DNA of 64,000 nt from Amphiscolops sp. MND2022 (GCA_964187785.1 OZ076409.1:97216001-97280000); one strand, 5' to 3'; counted from the first letter of the stretch, positions 25,130-38,260 are shown. The notes: generated from the sequence alone by a model not told the origin. Numbers and translations are program-made.

Positions 25130-27543
25130 TAACTATTCATGATTCATGAATCTTCATGGTTACTGATCCATGACTCATGGTTGTGCATGGTTAATGATCA
25201 TTCATGGATGGTCATGAATAATGATCCATGATTCATGGATGTTCATGAATAATCTTTCATGATTCATGGATGTCCATGGGTTTTGATCCATGATTCATGG
25301 ATGTTCATGAATAATCTTTCATGTTTCATGGATGTCCTTAGTTAGCGATTCATGATTCAAGATCTTCATGAGTAATCCTTCATGATTCATAGATGTTCAT
25401 GAATTATCATCCATGATTCATGTATGTTCATGGTTAATGATCCATGATTCATGGATGTTTATGAATAATCTTTCATGATTCATGGATGTCCATGGTTATT
25501 GATCCATGGTTCATGGAAGTTCATGGATAATCATTCGTGATTCATAGATGTCCTTGGTTAATAATTCATGATTCATGGATCTTCATGAGTAATCATTCAT
25601 GATTCATGGATGTTCATGAGAAACCGTTCATGATTCAGGGATGTTCATGAATTATCATCCATGATTCATGTATGTTCATGGTTAATGATCCATGATTCAT
25701 GGATGTTCATGAATAATCTTTCATGATTCATGGATGTCCATGGAATATGATCCATGATTCATGGATCTTCATTAGAAATCATTCATGATTCATGGATGTT
25801 AATAGTTATTGATCCATAATTCATGGATGTCCATGGTTATTGATCCATGATTCATGGAGGTTCATAAGAAATCTCCCATGATTCATGGATGTTCATAAGA
25901 AATCTCCCATGATTCATGGATGTCCATGGTTATTGATCCATGATTCATGGATGTTCATGGACAAATATTCGTGATTCATGGATGTCCATGGTTATTGATT
26001 CATGATTCATGGATCTTCATGAGTAACCATCCATGATTCATGGATGTTCATGAATAATCATCCATGATTCATGTATGTTCATGGTTAATGATCCATGATT
26101 CATGGATGTTCATGAATAATTTTTCATGATTCATGGATGTCCATGGGTATTGATCCATGATTCATGGATGTTCATGAATAATCTTTCATGATTCATGGAT
26201 GTCCATGGTTATTGATTCATGATTCATGGATCTTCATGAGAAATCATTATTGATTCATGGATGTTCATAGTTATTGATCCATGATTCATGGATGTCCATG
26301 GTTATTGATCCATGATTCATGGATGTTCATGGTTATTGTTGCATGAATCATGGATGTTCATGAATAATCATTCATGGTTCATGGATGTCCATGGTTATTG
26401 ATTCATGATTCATGGATCTTCATGAGAAATCATTCATGATTCATGGATGTTCATAGTTATTGATCCATGATTCATAGATGTCCGTGGTTAATGATCCATG
26501 ATTCATGGATGTTCATAAGAAATCTTTCATGATTCTTGGATGTTCATGAATAATCATCCATGATCCATTTATGTTCATGGTTAATGATCCATGATTCATG
26601 GATGTTCATGAAATAATCATTCTAGATTCATGGATGTCCATGGTTATTAATTCATGATTCATGAATGTTCATGGATAATCATTCGTGATTCATGGATGTC
26701 CATGGTTATTGATTCATGATTCATGGATCTTCATGAGAAATCATTCATGATTCATGGATGTTCATAGTTATTGATCCATGATTCATAGATGTCCGTGGTT
26801 AATGATCCATGATTCATGGATGTTCATAAGAAATCTTTCATGATTCTTGGATGTTCATGAATAATCATCCATGATCCATTTATGTTCATGGTTAATGATC
26901 CATGATTCATGGATGTTCATGAAATAATCATTCTAGATTCATGGATGTCCATGGTTATTAATTCATGATTCATGAATGTTCATGGATAATCATTCGTGAT
27001 TCATGGATGTTCATGGTTATCGATTCATGATTCATTGATCTTCATGAGTAATCATTCATGATTCATGGATGTTCATAGTTATTGATGCATGATTCATGGA
27101 TGTCCATGGTTAATGATCCAGGATTCATGTATGTTCATAAGAAATCTTTTATGATTCATGGATGTTCATGAATAATCATCCATGATCCATTTATGTTCAT
27201 GGTTAAGGATCCATGATTCATGGATGTTCATGAATAATCATTCATGATTCATGGATGTTCAAGAATAATCATTGATGATTCATGGATGTCCATGGTTAAT
27301 GATCCAGGATTCATGTATGTTCATAAGAAATCTTTCATGATTCATGGATGTTCATGAATAATCATCCATGATCCATTTATGTTCATGGTTAAGGATCCAT
27401 GATTCATGGATGTTCATGAATGATCATTCATGATTCATGGATGTTCAAGAATAATCATTGATGATTCATGGATGTCCATGGTTATTGATCCATGATTCAT
27501 GGATGTTCATGAGTAATCTTTCATGATTCATGGTTGTCCATGG
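25130..27543. repeat. Intronic CATG-rich satellite, 31-bp unit (~78 copies, alternating variants)
   Basis: Units catgattcatggatgttcatgaataatcttt and catgattcatggatgtccatggttattgatc. Internal duplications with 311-bp and 186-bp periods. Confidence 0.95.
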
Positions 27544-27600
27544 TTGAAAATAGAAAAATCAGTCAGAGTCAAAGTCAGATTGCTCTTGTTTTTTTTTCAG

Positions 27601-27789
27601 GAGGCACAGAAAGACTTTGACCGACAGAGTGACTTCACGAAGGTGTTGTTTGCGAGGACTGTGAACAACCACCACATGAAACACGCGCCCTTGATGAAGC
27701 AGTTGCAAAAGTTGCAGATGCAGTATTACGAAGAATGCTTTCAGATCCTGAAAGAACTTGAAGACGCTCTTGCAAAGGAGGACTTCTAG
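27601..27789 (+). CDS. Endophilin-B-like gene, last coding exon (62 aa + stop)
   Basis: ttttttttcag|GAG. EAQKDFDRQSDFTKVLFARTVNNHHMKHAPLMKQLQKLQMQYYEECFQILKELEDALAKEDF* resembles ITQSEFDRQAEITRLLLEGISSTHAHHLRCLNDFVEAQMTYYAQCYQYMLDLQKQL. AATAAA at ~28164. Confidence 0.85.
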   Translation, partial: EAQKDFDRQSDFTKVLFARTVNNHHMKHAPLMKQLQKLQMQYYEECFQILKELEDALAKEDF

Positions 27790-29059
27790 TTGCACACGCT
27801 TCTCAAACCATGTTTCTTATTCCGCACTACCGCCCCCCCCTTGCAAGAAGCCAGTGTAAAAACGATGGGTTAATGTCGAGTAATGGGCAAACTAAGACTT
27901 AAAAATATTTAAAATTAGGCCAGTTCATTCGAATTTGTTTGCCACACTGGTGTTCGTTGAATATTCGTTCATGTCATATTGTAGCGTCCGCGCTTGCAAA
28001 ATTTCAGGGTTTTCCCGCGAAAACTGGCAAAACTTCGCGGGTGTTTTTCTTTAATTTCCTTGATGTTGTTTGAAAACCCGCCAAGTTGTAGAGAAATTTT
28101 GATAAATACCTGAAAAATTAGTGACGCAGCATGAAAACTTTTCTAAGCAGCGTCCAAAAACATAATAAATTTGCCTTGCACCCTATAAAGCATGTAAAAG
28201 TTTCGGGTACTTTCAACTACTAGTTTCGGGTCGAGGACTCTTAATACGCGAGTGCACGTCTATACTTCCAGACCCCAAAATTGACAGTTCTCACTGTAAA
28301 AACTACCCATGTAAGAAGCCCAAAGTTACATAAAAAACAAGGTGTATCTGGGGGGGGGGGGGTTTGAGAAACATGATTCGACTTCTCGAAACAAAAAATA
28401 TACTTCATCTGGGCTCTTATCAAAATCTATTCTGCATTTATGTTTCCTATTCTCATTTTGAACGCGCGTTGGGGTCAAAATTTTTGACGGTCAAAATTTT
28501 TGGGGTCAAAATTTAAATCTCCAATCGCGCTTCCAAACACTTCCTGCAAGAATCCTACAGAAATGCGAATAATCAGACATTTCAGACAAAAGTTTTTCAC
28601 AAAGGTTTTTCGCAGGTCAGACAAAAAAGTCTTATAAAGAAACCAAACTGTTTCCGAAAGGTTTTTGCGCCCGTTCAATTCAAGGTAACCCCGCACTTAA
28701 CCTTCTTGTTGAAAGTAATCATGATGCATCCTCGGAATCAAAAAGGATCAAATTCTTCATCTCGAGCAGACATTTCATATTATCAACAGAGCCAGCAAAC
28801 ATTATTCAAGTTTGTAATTTTTGGATGTCATTAGAGCCTAGACCAATCTCGCAAATTACAAATTTTTTCAGCTTTTTATAAATGATTCGCTTTTGATTTA
28901 AAAGGGGCTAAGGAATGTTAACCTTGGTGGGCTAAGGAATCATTTAACTTTGTCAATGGTGTTTATACAATTATAATTCCAATTCCAATGATTTTTACCA
29001 ATCCAACCAATTTTTCAAAGGCCCGAAGTAAGAATTAGAGTGAGAATTAATTAATTGTA

Positions 29060-29832
29060 CACTACGGTACCAAAAAGCTAAAGACACTCGATTTCGCTGA
29101 CAAAAACTCCAAACCTTAATCAAATTTTACCTAAGCATTTGACACAAAAATCCCAGGGGCAAAACGTTCTCATATTTCGATTTTTCCAGTTTTTTTTCCA
29201 GAAGTATTCTTAATTCCAGAAGTATTTTTTTGTTATAAAATCAAACACAAATTACCTAAGTCTTAGCTAATTTTTGATTTTCGCATTTTCTGGAAATCAT
29301 CTTTCAAAATCTTGAAAACCGCTGTTCGCAACAAAAAACACTCTAAACAAATATCTACTTTCGATTCAGATTTCTAACTTTTGATTTTAACACTTTTTTG
29401 AAAGCGCCATTCTCAAGAGTTTGCCATAAAATGATAGAAAATTACAACAGTTTTTGAAAAAAAAGCATTTTCATAGAAAGTGTAAACTGTACAAGTTCAA
29501 GAACAGTGTCAAGGTTACAAAATGGTCCAGTGAGGGTTTTCTTCCCAATAGCAGTTTTTGAGATATTGCAAAATTCAATTAAATATAACTTTAAAATTAG
29601 AATCAATCTCGGAACAATAATACCATTATCATTCTGATCAAAATTAGATACACTTTTGCTCCTAAGACTTTTTTCGTTAAATGAATATAATAAAAGATTT
29701 CTCGCTTTGAAAAAATTTTGTTAGCCGAAGGCTTGAGACTTTTTTTTGTTAAATGAATATAATGAAAGTATTCTCGCTGTGAAAACTTTCGTTAGCTGAA
29801 TCGAGTATCTTTAGCTTTTTGGTACCCTAGTG
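29060..29832. mobile_element. CACTA-ended MITE (degenerate relative at ~38806-40042)
   Basis: CACTACGGTACCAAAAAGCTAAAGACACTCGA ... TCGAGTATCTTTAGCTTTTTGGTACCCTAGTG, 2 mismatches in 32 nt. No clean TSD. Confidence 0.7.
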
Positions 29833-30282
29833 TGAATATACTTTTCTGATTTTCATTTTTGATTTCCCAATACTCATTCTAGTGCACTTAATACTGGAGT
29901 AATGAATTTTTTAATGCTTGAAATCCCAACTTAAGCGCAAACTATTCAACATTTAGAGGTAAAGAATGAAATTGAAACTATTATTAGTGAAAGTTTTGGT
30001 TTCTAACTTCAAAAATGCATTTATGTTACAGCTATGTATTTTTATGCAGAGAAACTTTCAAACAAAACTCCAGCTTATGCAAAGTAGTCGGTGAAAACTT
30101 AGATTTGGGATGAAACTTGCAGACATTTTGGAACCATCATCTACAACATATTTTTTTTCGTGAAAAATCCGACTTGAGTCAACATAATCAGGAAAAAGTG
30201 AAAAATAAAAGGTGCTAAATCAAAAATAATAACCATTACAACACACTAATTGAATAAATTTACAATAATAGACATTTGTGAT

Positions 30283-30611
30283 TCATTCGTCTTTGCCTGT
30301 GATCCGAGACCAGATGCTGCGGAAAAACCGGACAATAGGATTTGACGATTTCTCGGGTTTGGGGGGTCTTTCAAAATTAGAGATTACTGTGAGAAAAGCT
30401 AGTTCGACTCCAATTTTGTCGTCTTTTGCGGAGCATTCCACGTACTGTGCGTTCAACTCTTTAGCCAATTGCCTGCCAGCCTTGTTAGAAGTGTATTTGG
30501 ACTCGTCCGCGTTTAGCGAGGTTCTCAGATCGCATTTGAAGGCAGCTAAAGTCACGGGTACATTCAAGGCTTCCTTTGCATGATCGCGAAGCTCTGGCAT
30601 CCATTTATTTC
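30283..30611 (-). CDS. Atypical Rho-family small GTPase, last coding exon
   Basis: tgttaacag|GA AAT AAA TGG. (R)NKWMPELRDHAK...VTLAAFKCDLR...AKELNAQYVECSAK contains G4 and G5. Ends SSNPIVRFFRSIWSRITGKDE*. Confidence 0.88.
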
Positions 30612-30899
30612 CTGTTAACATTGTTTTTTATGATTGATTAGTCTTTGATCTGTTGTAGTTTCGTAGATCAGTAAAAATGAGGAAAATTCAAAGAAAGGAC
30701 TCTCTGGTTTGAGTTAGTCAACTTTAGATCTTAGATTGGGAAATTGTAAAAAAAACATCAGAGGAGAAATTGTAAGCTTACAAAAAATTTGCCTCCGTGA
30801 GAATCATGCATTTAACCTACCGAAAAGCGCCGATTAAAATTTTCCTATCAACGCACATGTTCGATGGAATTAAAAGACAGTTTTTAGTCGGCCCTTTCT

Positions 30900-30900
<1 letters not shown>

Positions 30901-30972
<72 letters not shown>
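30901..30972. repeat. (AG)36 microsatellite inside a HINE 5' stem-loop
   Basis: tttttagtcggccctttctt(AG)36...aaactatagtgatgact. Confidence 0.95.
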
Positions 30973-30977
<5 letters not shown>

Positions 30978-31735
30978 AGCAAACTATAGTGATGACTTTT
31001 TTAAGACCAACGAACTGACAGATTTTTAAAAGCTTTATAGGTTGCGGCTTACTAAATTGTAACTTCTACCAATCGGTTTAGGGGGAACCCAGCAGTCACT
31101 GGTTCGCGTCCCTGCCTCAACCAGAAACTTTTTCGAATATTTGCAAAACCGGACGAGACTAAAATGTCCCCCCTTTTGATTTTTTTTTCAACTTTGTGAG
31201 ACTTTATTTCGAAATTTTTTTGATCTCGCCACTTCATTTTTTGGATAATTTGCAACATATTGGATTTTTAAAAAGCCCAAAGGGTCTGCCCTTTCACAAT
31301 TTTGGCATTGTGAGATTTTTCGAAATGATTATTTTTTTGACTTAAAATAAGGTTTTCTCAGTACGCTTTATCTGAATTTTGTTTTTTTAAGACCAGTGTT
31401 TTTCCATGCGACTTTTTTCTTATTTGTTTTTAGCGAAGCCACTTCTGGAGTATTACTAGAAAAAAAACGTTTTGCGAGCGTAGAGGACTCCTTAGGGATT
31501 TCTGCACATTGCGACTTACCGAAGACCTTCATCAAAATTTTTTTTGAAAAATTTCTTCTCCATTTTTGTATTTTGAGAGGTTTTCTTTGCAGCAAACCAC
31601 TTTTTGAAGGAGTGGTTTTTGAATCTTATGAGTACCCTTCGGGGTATTTTGTGGCACTGTAAATTGATGAAAGTTTAACAAAAGTGTTTTTTTTTGCATA
31701 ATTAAAAAACTTTACTTTTTTGAACCATGGGCGTC

Positions 31736-32129
31736 GAGAAGTTAATTTCCCCATTACCGCGGGGTGGACGCCGAATAAGCAGTTCTGCTTTTCTAAGTCG
31801 GCGCCCTTCGGATACTATCTCCCCATAGCAAGCTATGGTACCATATTTGCAGCCAAGTGGTCAAGTAATGGTGGACTTGAAGCTGTGGTTTCAGAGTGAC
31901 TTGCTCAAGGTCACAAAGGCCTGACTGCTCACCGTTGCTCTTTTTTGTTTTGTTTTTCTCCGCCAAATGCGTTATTTTTTTTGTCATTGACCATACCACT
32001 TAGCTAGAGATGAAGGACTTGAGTGGTGACCAACAGTGGTGAGGACCAACAGTGGTGAGTTGAGAGAGGTTCGAACCTGATACCGCCCCAGTACAGACCG
32101 AATGCTCTAACCACTACGCCATGCTCCCC
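31736..32129 (-). mobile_element. tRNA-derived SINE, colinear copy
   Basis: Reverse complement reads GGGGAGCATGGCGTAGTGGTTAGAGC...GGTTCGAACC (A/B boxes), then TGTGACCTTGAGCAAGTCACT, then tail GGGGAAATTAACTTCT. Confidence 0.75.
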
Positions 32130-32384
32130 GACTTGAGCTTTTTACGGCTTGTTCATTTTGAAATGAATTGACCTTGAAATGAGTCAACGAACAATGCATT
32201 TTGATTGACGTAATTTATTTTGCATTACGTTGAAAATTGCAGGTCACAAAAAACAACCAGGATTAATCCTTCAACTGTTCAAGTTTTATTTTGTTTCATT
32301 TTCTCAAAAATGAAAAGTATTACTTTTAGCACGGGAATCTTCAACTTTTTTCTCCGAGTTCTGCTAACAGCTACTAGACGCGTT

Positions 32385-32475
32385 TCACTTGGTCTAGTGG
32401 TTAACGCAGAATTGTATGCCCTGTGATTAAAGGCAGGAGATCGTGTCTGGGCACTGTTCCGAGTCCAGCTCTGGA
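32385..32475 (+). other. Degenerate tRNA-like A/B box pair (probable SINE head)
   Basis: TGGTCTAGTGGTTA at 32390 and GTTCCGAGTCC at 32456. No acceptor stem. Confidence 0.3.
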
Positions 32476-33502
32476 CCAAAGTTTTTTTCATGCTTGCAAA
32501 TGTAGAGGGAAGTTGTCCCGTCCCCATAAGGAGTTTTTGCGGTTTTTTATGGCTTTTCTAAAACCAATCAGTTTTTAGAACCCCTTCGATGTTTAGCCAC
32601 AGATTTTTTAGTACTGTGGCTTTTTTCGACTCTGTGTGACTTTTTACTATGTTTATATTCTTTTCATTAGAGGTTGGCTGCTTCCGTTTTTTGATGTTTC
32701 CAGTTAGAAAAACGCATTTTTGGGGTTTTCGGCAGTGTGCGACTTTTAAAAAGTTTGATAAAAAGTCGCAATTTCGTCACAAGAAAAATTTGAAATCACT
32801 CAAGGCAAGAAGTTTTTTCGTCCTGGTACGAATCTTTTGAAGTTGTTTTCTTTTCGGTATACTTCCCCAGCTTGCGAGTTGAAAACAAATCCGAATCGAG
32901 TTAGGGTTCGATAATTTTCACTTTCAATTCTTGATATGTTTCCAAAACTAACTATTATAATATTGTTTTGTGGCAGAACGTTTATAACCACAAAAATGTG
33001 GTATATCCAATTTATTTATAACTTTTCTGCATTAGGACCCTAAATTCAAATAAGCGCTAGTTTGTTTGCATTCTGCCGAAAGAACATCAGAAGTTTTTTA
33101 GCTGAAACTATTTTGGTCTTTTTGTTTTCAACACTGTTGGTGTTTTGTAAATTTCGCATTTTTCCAAAAGCCTCTTAAAACAGTATGAAAAATAATCGCA
33201 AATCCTCTGCTCCTTTTGTTTCTAATATCTCTATGAATGTGATTTTTATATAACAGCCAAAAGCATTTCCAAATCGTATAAACAAGTATACGGAATTTTT
33301 CATTTGTGACATAATCGATTCTATTCATGACAAGAAATTTTTGAAATTAGGAGATAGTGGAAAAGTTACCCTTTATAAAATATTTCATAGTATCGTTTTT
33401 ACCAGAACAGATTTTTGTGAAACGACCAGCTTTCATCAGAAAAATTGTGATTGTCAGAAAACAAAACCGAAAAGGAATTCCGAATACATTGAGAAACAGA
33501 AA

Positions 33503-34010
33503 AACAAGACGGGAACGTCTAACGTCTGAGCCATATCCAAGGCTCAAAAAGCGCAAAGCTTTTAAAACTGTAGAAGGGGGGACTCTTTGGGCTTTTTGAA
33601 AATCCAGTTTGTTGCAAAATATCAAAAAAATGAAGGAGCGACCCTTCGGAGACATTTAAAAATTTCGAATTTTGTTTAATTTTCCAAAAATGAGATTTTT
33701 TAACAGTCTCATAGTGCCGCAAAATGTAAAAGGGGGCCCTTTAGGTTTTTCAACATCCATTCAGTTCCAAAACACCAAAAAAATATAAGGGGGGACCCTT
33801 GGAAAACTTAAAAAAATTTCGAAAAAAAAGTCTCACAAAGCGGAAAATAGGGGCGGGGAAAGTCTCATAGCGCCGAAAAATTGGAAGGGCTTTGCATTTC
33901 ACGGTAGAGGCCTTTGGATGCGTTCAAAATCAACTATTGAGTACTTTTGGTAAAAGTGAATAATTCACAAAAAGTGGTACATACGCGACGAGTGAATAGC
34001 CTGACGAAAA
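33503..34010 (-). mobile_element. HINE-like element
   Basis: aacaagacgggaacgtct...atatccaaggctcaaaaagcgc is the reverse complement of the 3' end, followed by the family body. Confidence 0.55.
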
Positions 34011-34339
34011 AAACGATGTTATGTTCTGAATGGAATTTTATTTGAAATCGATGAATCATTCCTTCAAATAATTGACTTCAAATTATAGTTCAAAATTGTA
34101 AAGCATACATGTATCTTAGATGAATATTTCCCTCGGCATTTTGTAAATACTTTCACATGTGTTTTTTGTTTTCCCGCATCCTGTGTGTTTTTAATTGCTA
34201 GACACAAATCTTCCGGAAAAATTAATTTTTCCTTTTTTAATCGATTTTGGCTGATGGTGCGGCCTGGTCCGCCATTAGAAAAATAGGGCTATCGGTGAGA
34301 CACATTTTGGTCCTACTTTTTGGTCCTACATTTTGGTCC

Positions 34340-37325
34340 TACTTGAACAAAGGTCACACCGTAACCAAGTGTGACTCCTCCCTGTAACCAAGGGAATCAA
34401 ACTCAGACCAAAAGGGTTCAGAAATATGCTGTTCAATGCTCATCGTGCCAATCTTGCCAGGAGGATCATCGCCTTTACGCTTGTTCACAATTCAAAGGAA
34501 CGTGTCTTGCTGATAGACATAAGTTCATGAAAGGCAAAAAACTGTTTCAACTGCTTCCTGTCAGGATACTCGTCTAATGCGTGCCCATCTAAGTTCACTT
34601 GTCGTGAGTGCAAAATGAAACATCACACCTTGCTTCATCGACCTGAGAAACAGCTCCCTGATCAACGCACTTCTACAAAGACTTATTCAAGTATGAATTC
34701 AACTTCCAACAAAATGAAGTCTACAAAACAATTCACCACGGGGCACTTTAGTGCTGACAATGAAACAAATACTGTTCTTCTTTCTACATCTCTTGTAACA
34801 ATTCGGAATTCATCGGGAGACGCGATCAAGCTGCGGGCTCTCTTAGATTCCGGTTCACAAGCCAGTTTCGTAACAGAAGATGTTGCAAAGGCGCTCATGC
34901 TGCCAACTCAGCGCAGCCAAATAAATGTTTCTACAATGGGTTCGTCCCATTTCCAAAAAACTCGAGGCTTATTGCCTGTGAAGTTGAATGATACTATCGA
35001 AGTTATTCTTCATCTCATACCAAAAATCTCCAATAACATTCCCGATAAAGAAATAGACGTTTCGACCATGCGCCATGTGAACAATCTTAACCTAGCTGAT
35101 CCCACTTTCAACGTTCCTAATAAGGTTGATCTCTTGCTAGGTGCATATGTTATAGAAGACATTATGCTTGATAATAAAATAAAGGACAACGGCTCGTGCA
35201 TTCGGGATTCCGTATTCGTCTGGGTTGTGTCTGGTCTTGTGTATTCGTCTGGCAGTAACAACGTTGTGTCCCACTTGACTACCACTCCGAATTGTGACTC
35301 TGACCAACTCCTTTTGAAATTTTGGGAAATAAAAAGTGTCCCCGAAACTAGACACTTAACTTTGGATGAGCGTCGTTGTGAAGAGCACTTCGATAGCACT
35401 ACAAAACGCAATGAAGACGGCCGTTTCGTAGTACAGATGCCATTTAAAGATAGACCCCACAATTTAGGTTGTTCGAAAGCGAACGCAATGAAGCGTTTCT
35501 TTCGTCTCGAATACACTTTGCGCCATAATGTCGACCTTTCTCGAAAGTATTCAGCTTTCATTCAGGAATTCATTGACCTTGGACACTTGGAGAAGGTCCA
35601 ACCCGGGGAGAATAATAATTCTCCAAATTTCTACTTGCCTCCTCATTGCGTGCTGAAAGAAGATAGTACAACCACCAAATTGCGTGTTGTATTTGACGCT
35701 AGTGCTAAAACGACAACTTGTTTTTCACCTTATGATTGTTTGCTAGTTGGTTCCAAACTTCAAGATGATTTGTTCAATATTCTCGATTCCGTTTCTTCAA
35801 GATTGCTTTATCAGCTGATGTAGCGAAGATGTATCGGCAAGTTGAGCTGGATAAAGCCGATCGAGACTTCCATCGGATGCTCTAGAGATTTGCAGTTGAT
35901 GGTCCGGTTGAAACGTTACGCATGACCCGAGTTACTTATGGCGTAGCTTCCTCATCGTGTCATTCAACCCGATCTTTGCGAGAATGTGCCATTTTGTCGG
36001 AAGTATCCATTGAGGTTCAAAGAAATATATTGAGAGATTTTTATGTTGATGACATTCTCGCTGGAGCGAATTCGATCGATGAAGCTCGAATACTCTAAAA
36101 GCAATTAGTAGAAACTCTTAAACGAGGAAGATTCGATCTCCGCAAGTGGACTTCGAACGAAACCAGCATTTTTTTAGACCTTCCGCCCGAGTATCGCGAA
36201 GCAAATGATAACTTGGAGTTTTTAGACAAAGAACATACAATAAAAATGCTCGGTTTTGTTTGGCAACACAGCGAAGATTGCTTCGTTTTTAAGGTTTCCC
36301 ACATCAAAAAGGAAAACTTTAAAGCAAAAGTTTTGACCAAAAGACAAATGCTCAGTTACATTTCAAAGACTTTCGACCCATTGGGTTGGTTATCACCAGT
36401 TACCATTTTCTTGGAACAGTTAATGCAAAGTGCATGGGAAGCAAAAATTTCATGGGATGATCACCTCCCTTCCGAACTTACCGACCAATATTTGAAGTGG
36501 AGAACGAAATTGATCTCTTTAAAGGATGTGGAATTCCAACGATTCGTATTACTTGATGGATTCTCGGACAAGATTGAGTTGCATCTCTTCTGTGATGCAT
36601 CACAAAGGGCTTATGCCGCTTGTATTTATACTGTTGCCACAGATTCTCAAGGCAGGCGGAAGTCATCCCTGCTTGTTGCCAAAACCAAGGTAGCACCCGT
36701 GAAAACACAATCTGTTTCGAGATTGGAATTATGTGCTACTTTGCTAGGCACTAGGTTATATCAATCTGTCATCAAGTCTATTGGTCAATCGCCAGTTGTT
36801 ATTGAAGAAACCTTCGCGTGGACTGATTCAACAATAGTTTTGTGTTGGTTGTCAAAAGAACCATCTCGCTGGTCAACTTTTGGTTCAAACAGAATTAGTG
36901 AAATTCAAAGTGAAAACAAATTGAATTGGAATCATGTGTGTTCCGAGGAGAATCCTGCGGATCCTGCATCTCGATGAATTAACCCTGACGAAATAAACCA
37001 ACATGACCTATGGTGGAATGGTCCAAAGTGGTTAATACCTGGGGAATTCCAGAAAACATTGTCAATTGTTGAAACATCTGAAGAGTTGAAAAAGTCGACT
37101 CTAACAACAGGATTTACCAGTCTTCATACCTCTGTGGCTCACAGGGATACCAAAAAGGATGTTATCGATTTGTCGAGGTTTAACTCTTTATACAAAGTCC
37201 TCCGAATTCTTGCTTACTTAGAAGTCTTATTGACAAACTGAAGAAGAACGTGGTTGTTTTACCAAGTTACATTACTGCCCCAGAGTTAACAGAGTCAATC
37301 ATAATTTTGATTCGCCGAGAACAAA
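34340..37325 (+). mobile_element. Truncated, frameshifted BEL/Pao gag-pol fragment without LTRs, in intron 2 of the Rho gene (antisense)
   Basis: Cys/His knuckles ...CRECKMKHHTLLH; protease LLDSGSQASFVT; RT KLRVVFDAS and FYVDDIL; RNase H HLFCDASQRAYAA, SRLELCA, NPADPASR. Confidence 0.9.
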
Positions 37326-37775
37326 AGAAAAAAAACTAGCCAGTGTAATATTCGGGCTCTTTTCACTAGAAAAGGGCCGACTAAAAACAAACGCGATGAT
37401 AAGAAGTAGAGTTGAACTTCAAATAGGGAAAATTTCTAGCAGGGCAAAATTGAATCCGCGAATGGGATTGTCTGCAAAATCTTCCTGCTTGTCAGAGATT
37501 TTCCAATGATGTAATCACTTCACTTGAGTCAATCTTACCATCGGTTCAGGCAGGTAAAAGGTGATGCATTCAATACCTTCTATAGAACCATTCGGTTTTA
37601 AAATGGTTCGGCTAATGAAACAGCCACCTCCAAAGCCGAGTAAATATTATAGCGCACTGAAAGTTCATATTAAGACAGGCATCAAACTACAAAAAAATTG
37701 GAATTACTGTTAATCTGGTAAAAAGAAGTTCAAGTAAACGGAAAACAATCACTAAACATTTGGCTATTAAAACTA

Positions 37776-38260
37776 TTTTTAGTCGGCGCTTCATGAAGTG
37801 AAACGCGACTATTATAGTGACTCTTTTTTTGCTATCCACACGAACTGATCAAAATAGTTCTTAAAAGTTCTACAAAATATTATGGTGTCAAATTGCACCA
37901 TTTGGCCTAGCGAACTGGACCAAAAAGGAAAAGGTTTTCCCTGTTTTTCCGCGTAACATATCATACCGGGCAACACCCTTTCAATTTTTTTCGGAAATTA
38001 TTTTCCCCAAAGGGCCCCCTGCATTTTTTCTGATGTTTTGCGACAGAATGGATGTTGAAAAACCTCAAAGGGTCCCCCCTTTCAGTTTTTCGGCATTGTG
38101 AGACTTTTTAAATTTTTTTTCCTCCAAAGGGTCCCCCTTCAATTTTTTGATATTTGATATTTTGCAACAGAGAATGTATGTTAGTTTTTTCAAAAATAAT
38201 GCGTTTTTGCGCTTTCTGAGCCTTAGATATAGCGCCGACTTTAGACGTTCTCGTCTTGTT
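37776..38260 (+). mobile_element. HINE-like element
   Basis: 5' tttttagtcggcgcttcatgaagtgaaacgcgact. 3' gcgccgact + agacg-ttct-cgtct + tgtt. Confidence 0.7.

Noticed and set aside
30797-31018. ER-repeat protein ORF
   Set aside because: Translation of the (AG)36 microsatellite.
31990-32129. Functional tRNA gene
   Set aside because: A/B boxes are present but there is no cloverleaf or acceptor stem, and it is joined to a SINE body. The same applies to 4641-4756 and 32385-32475.
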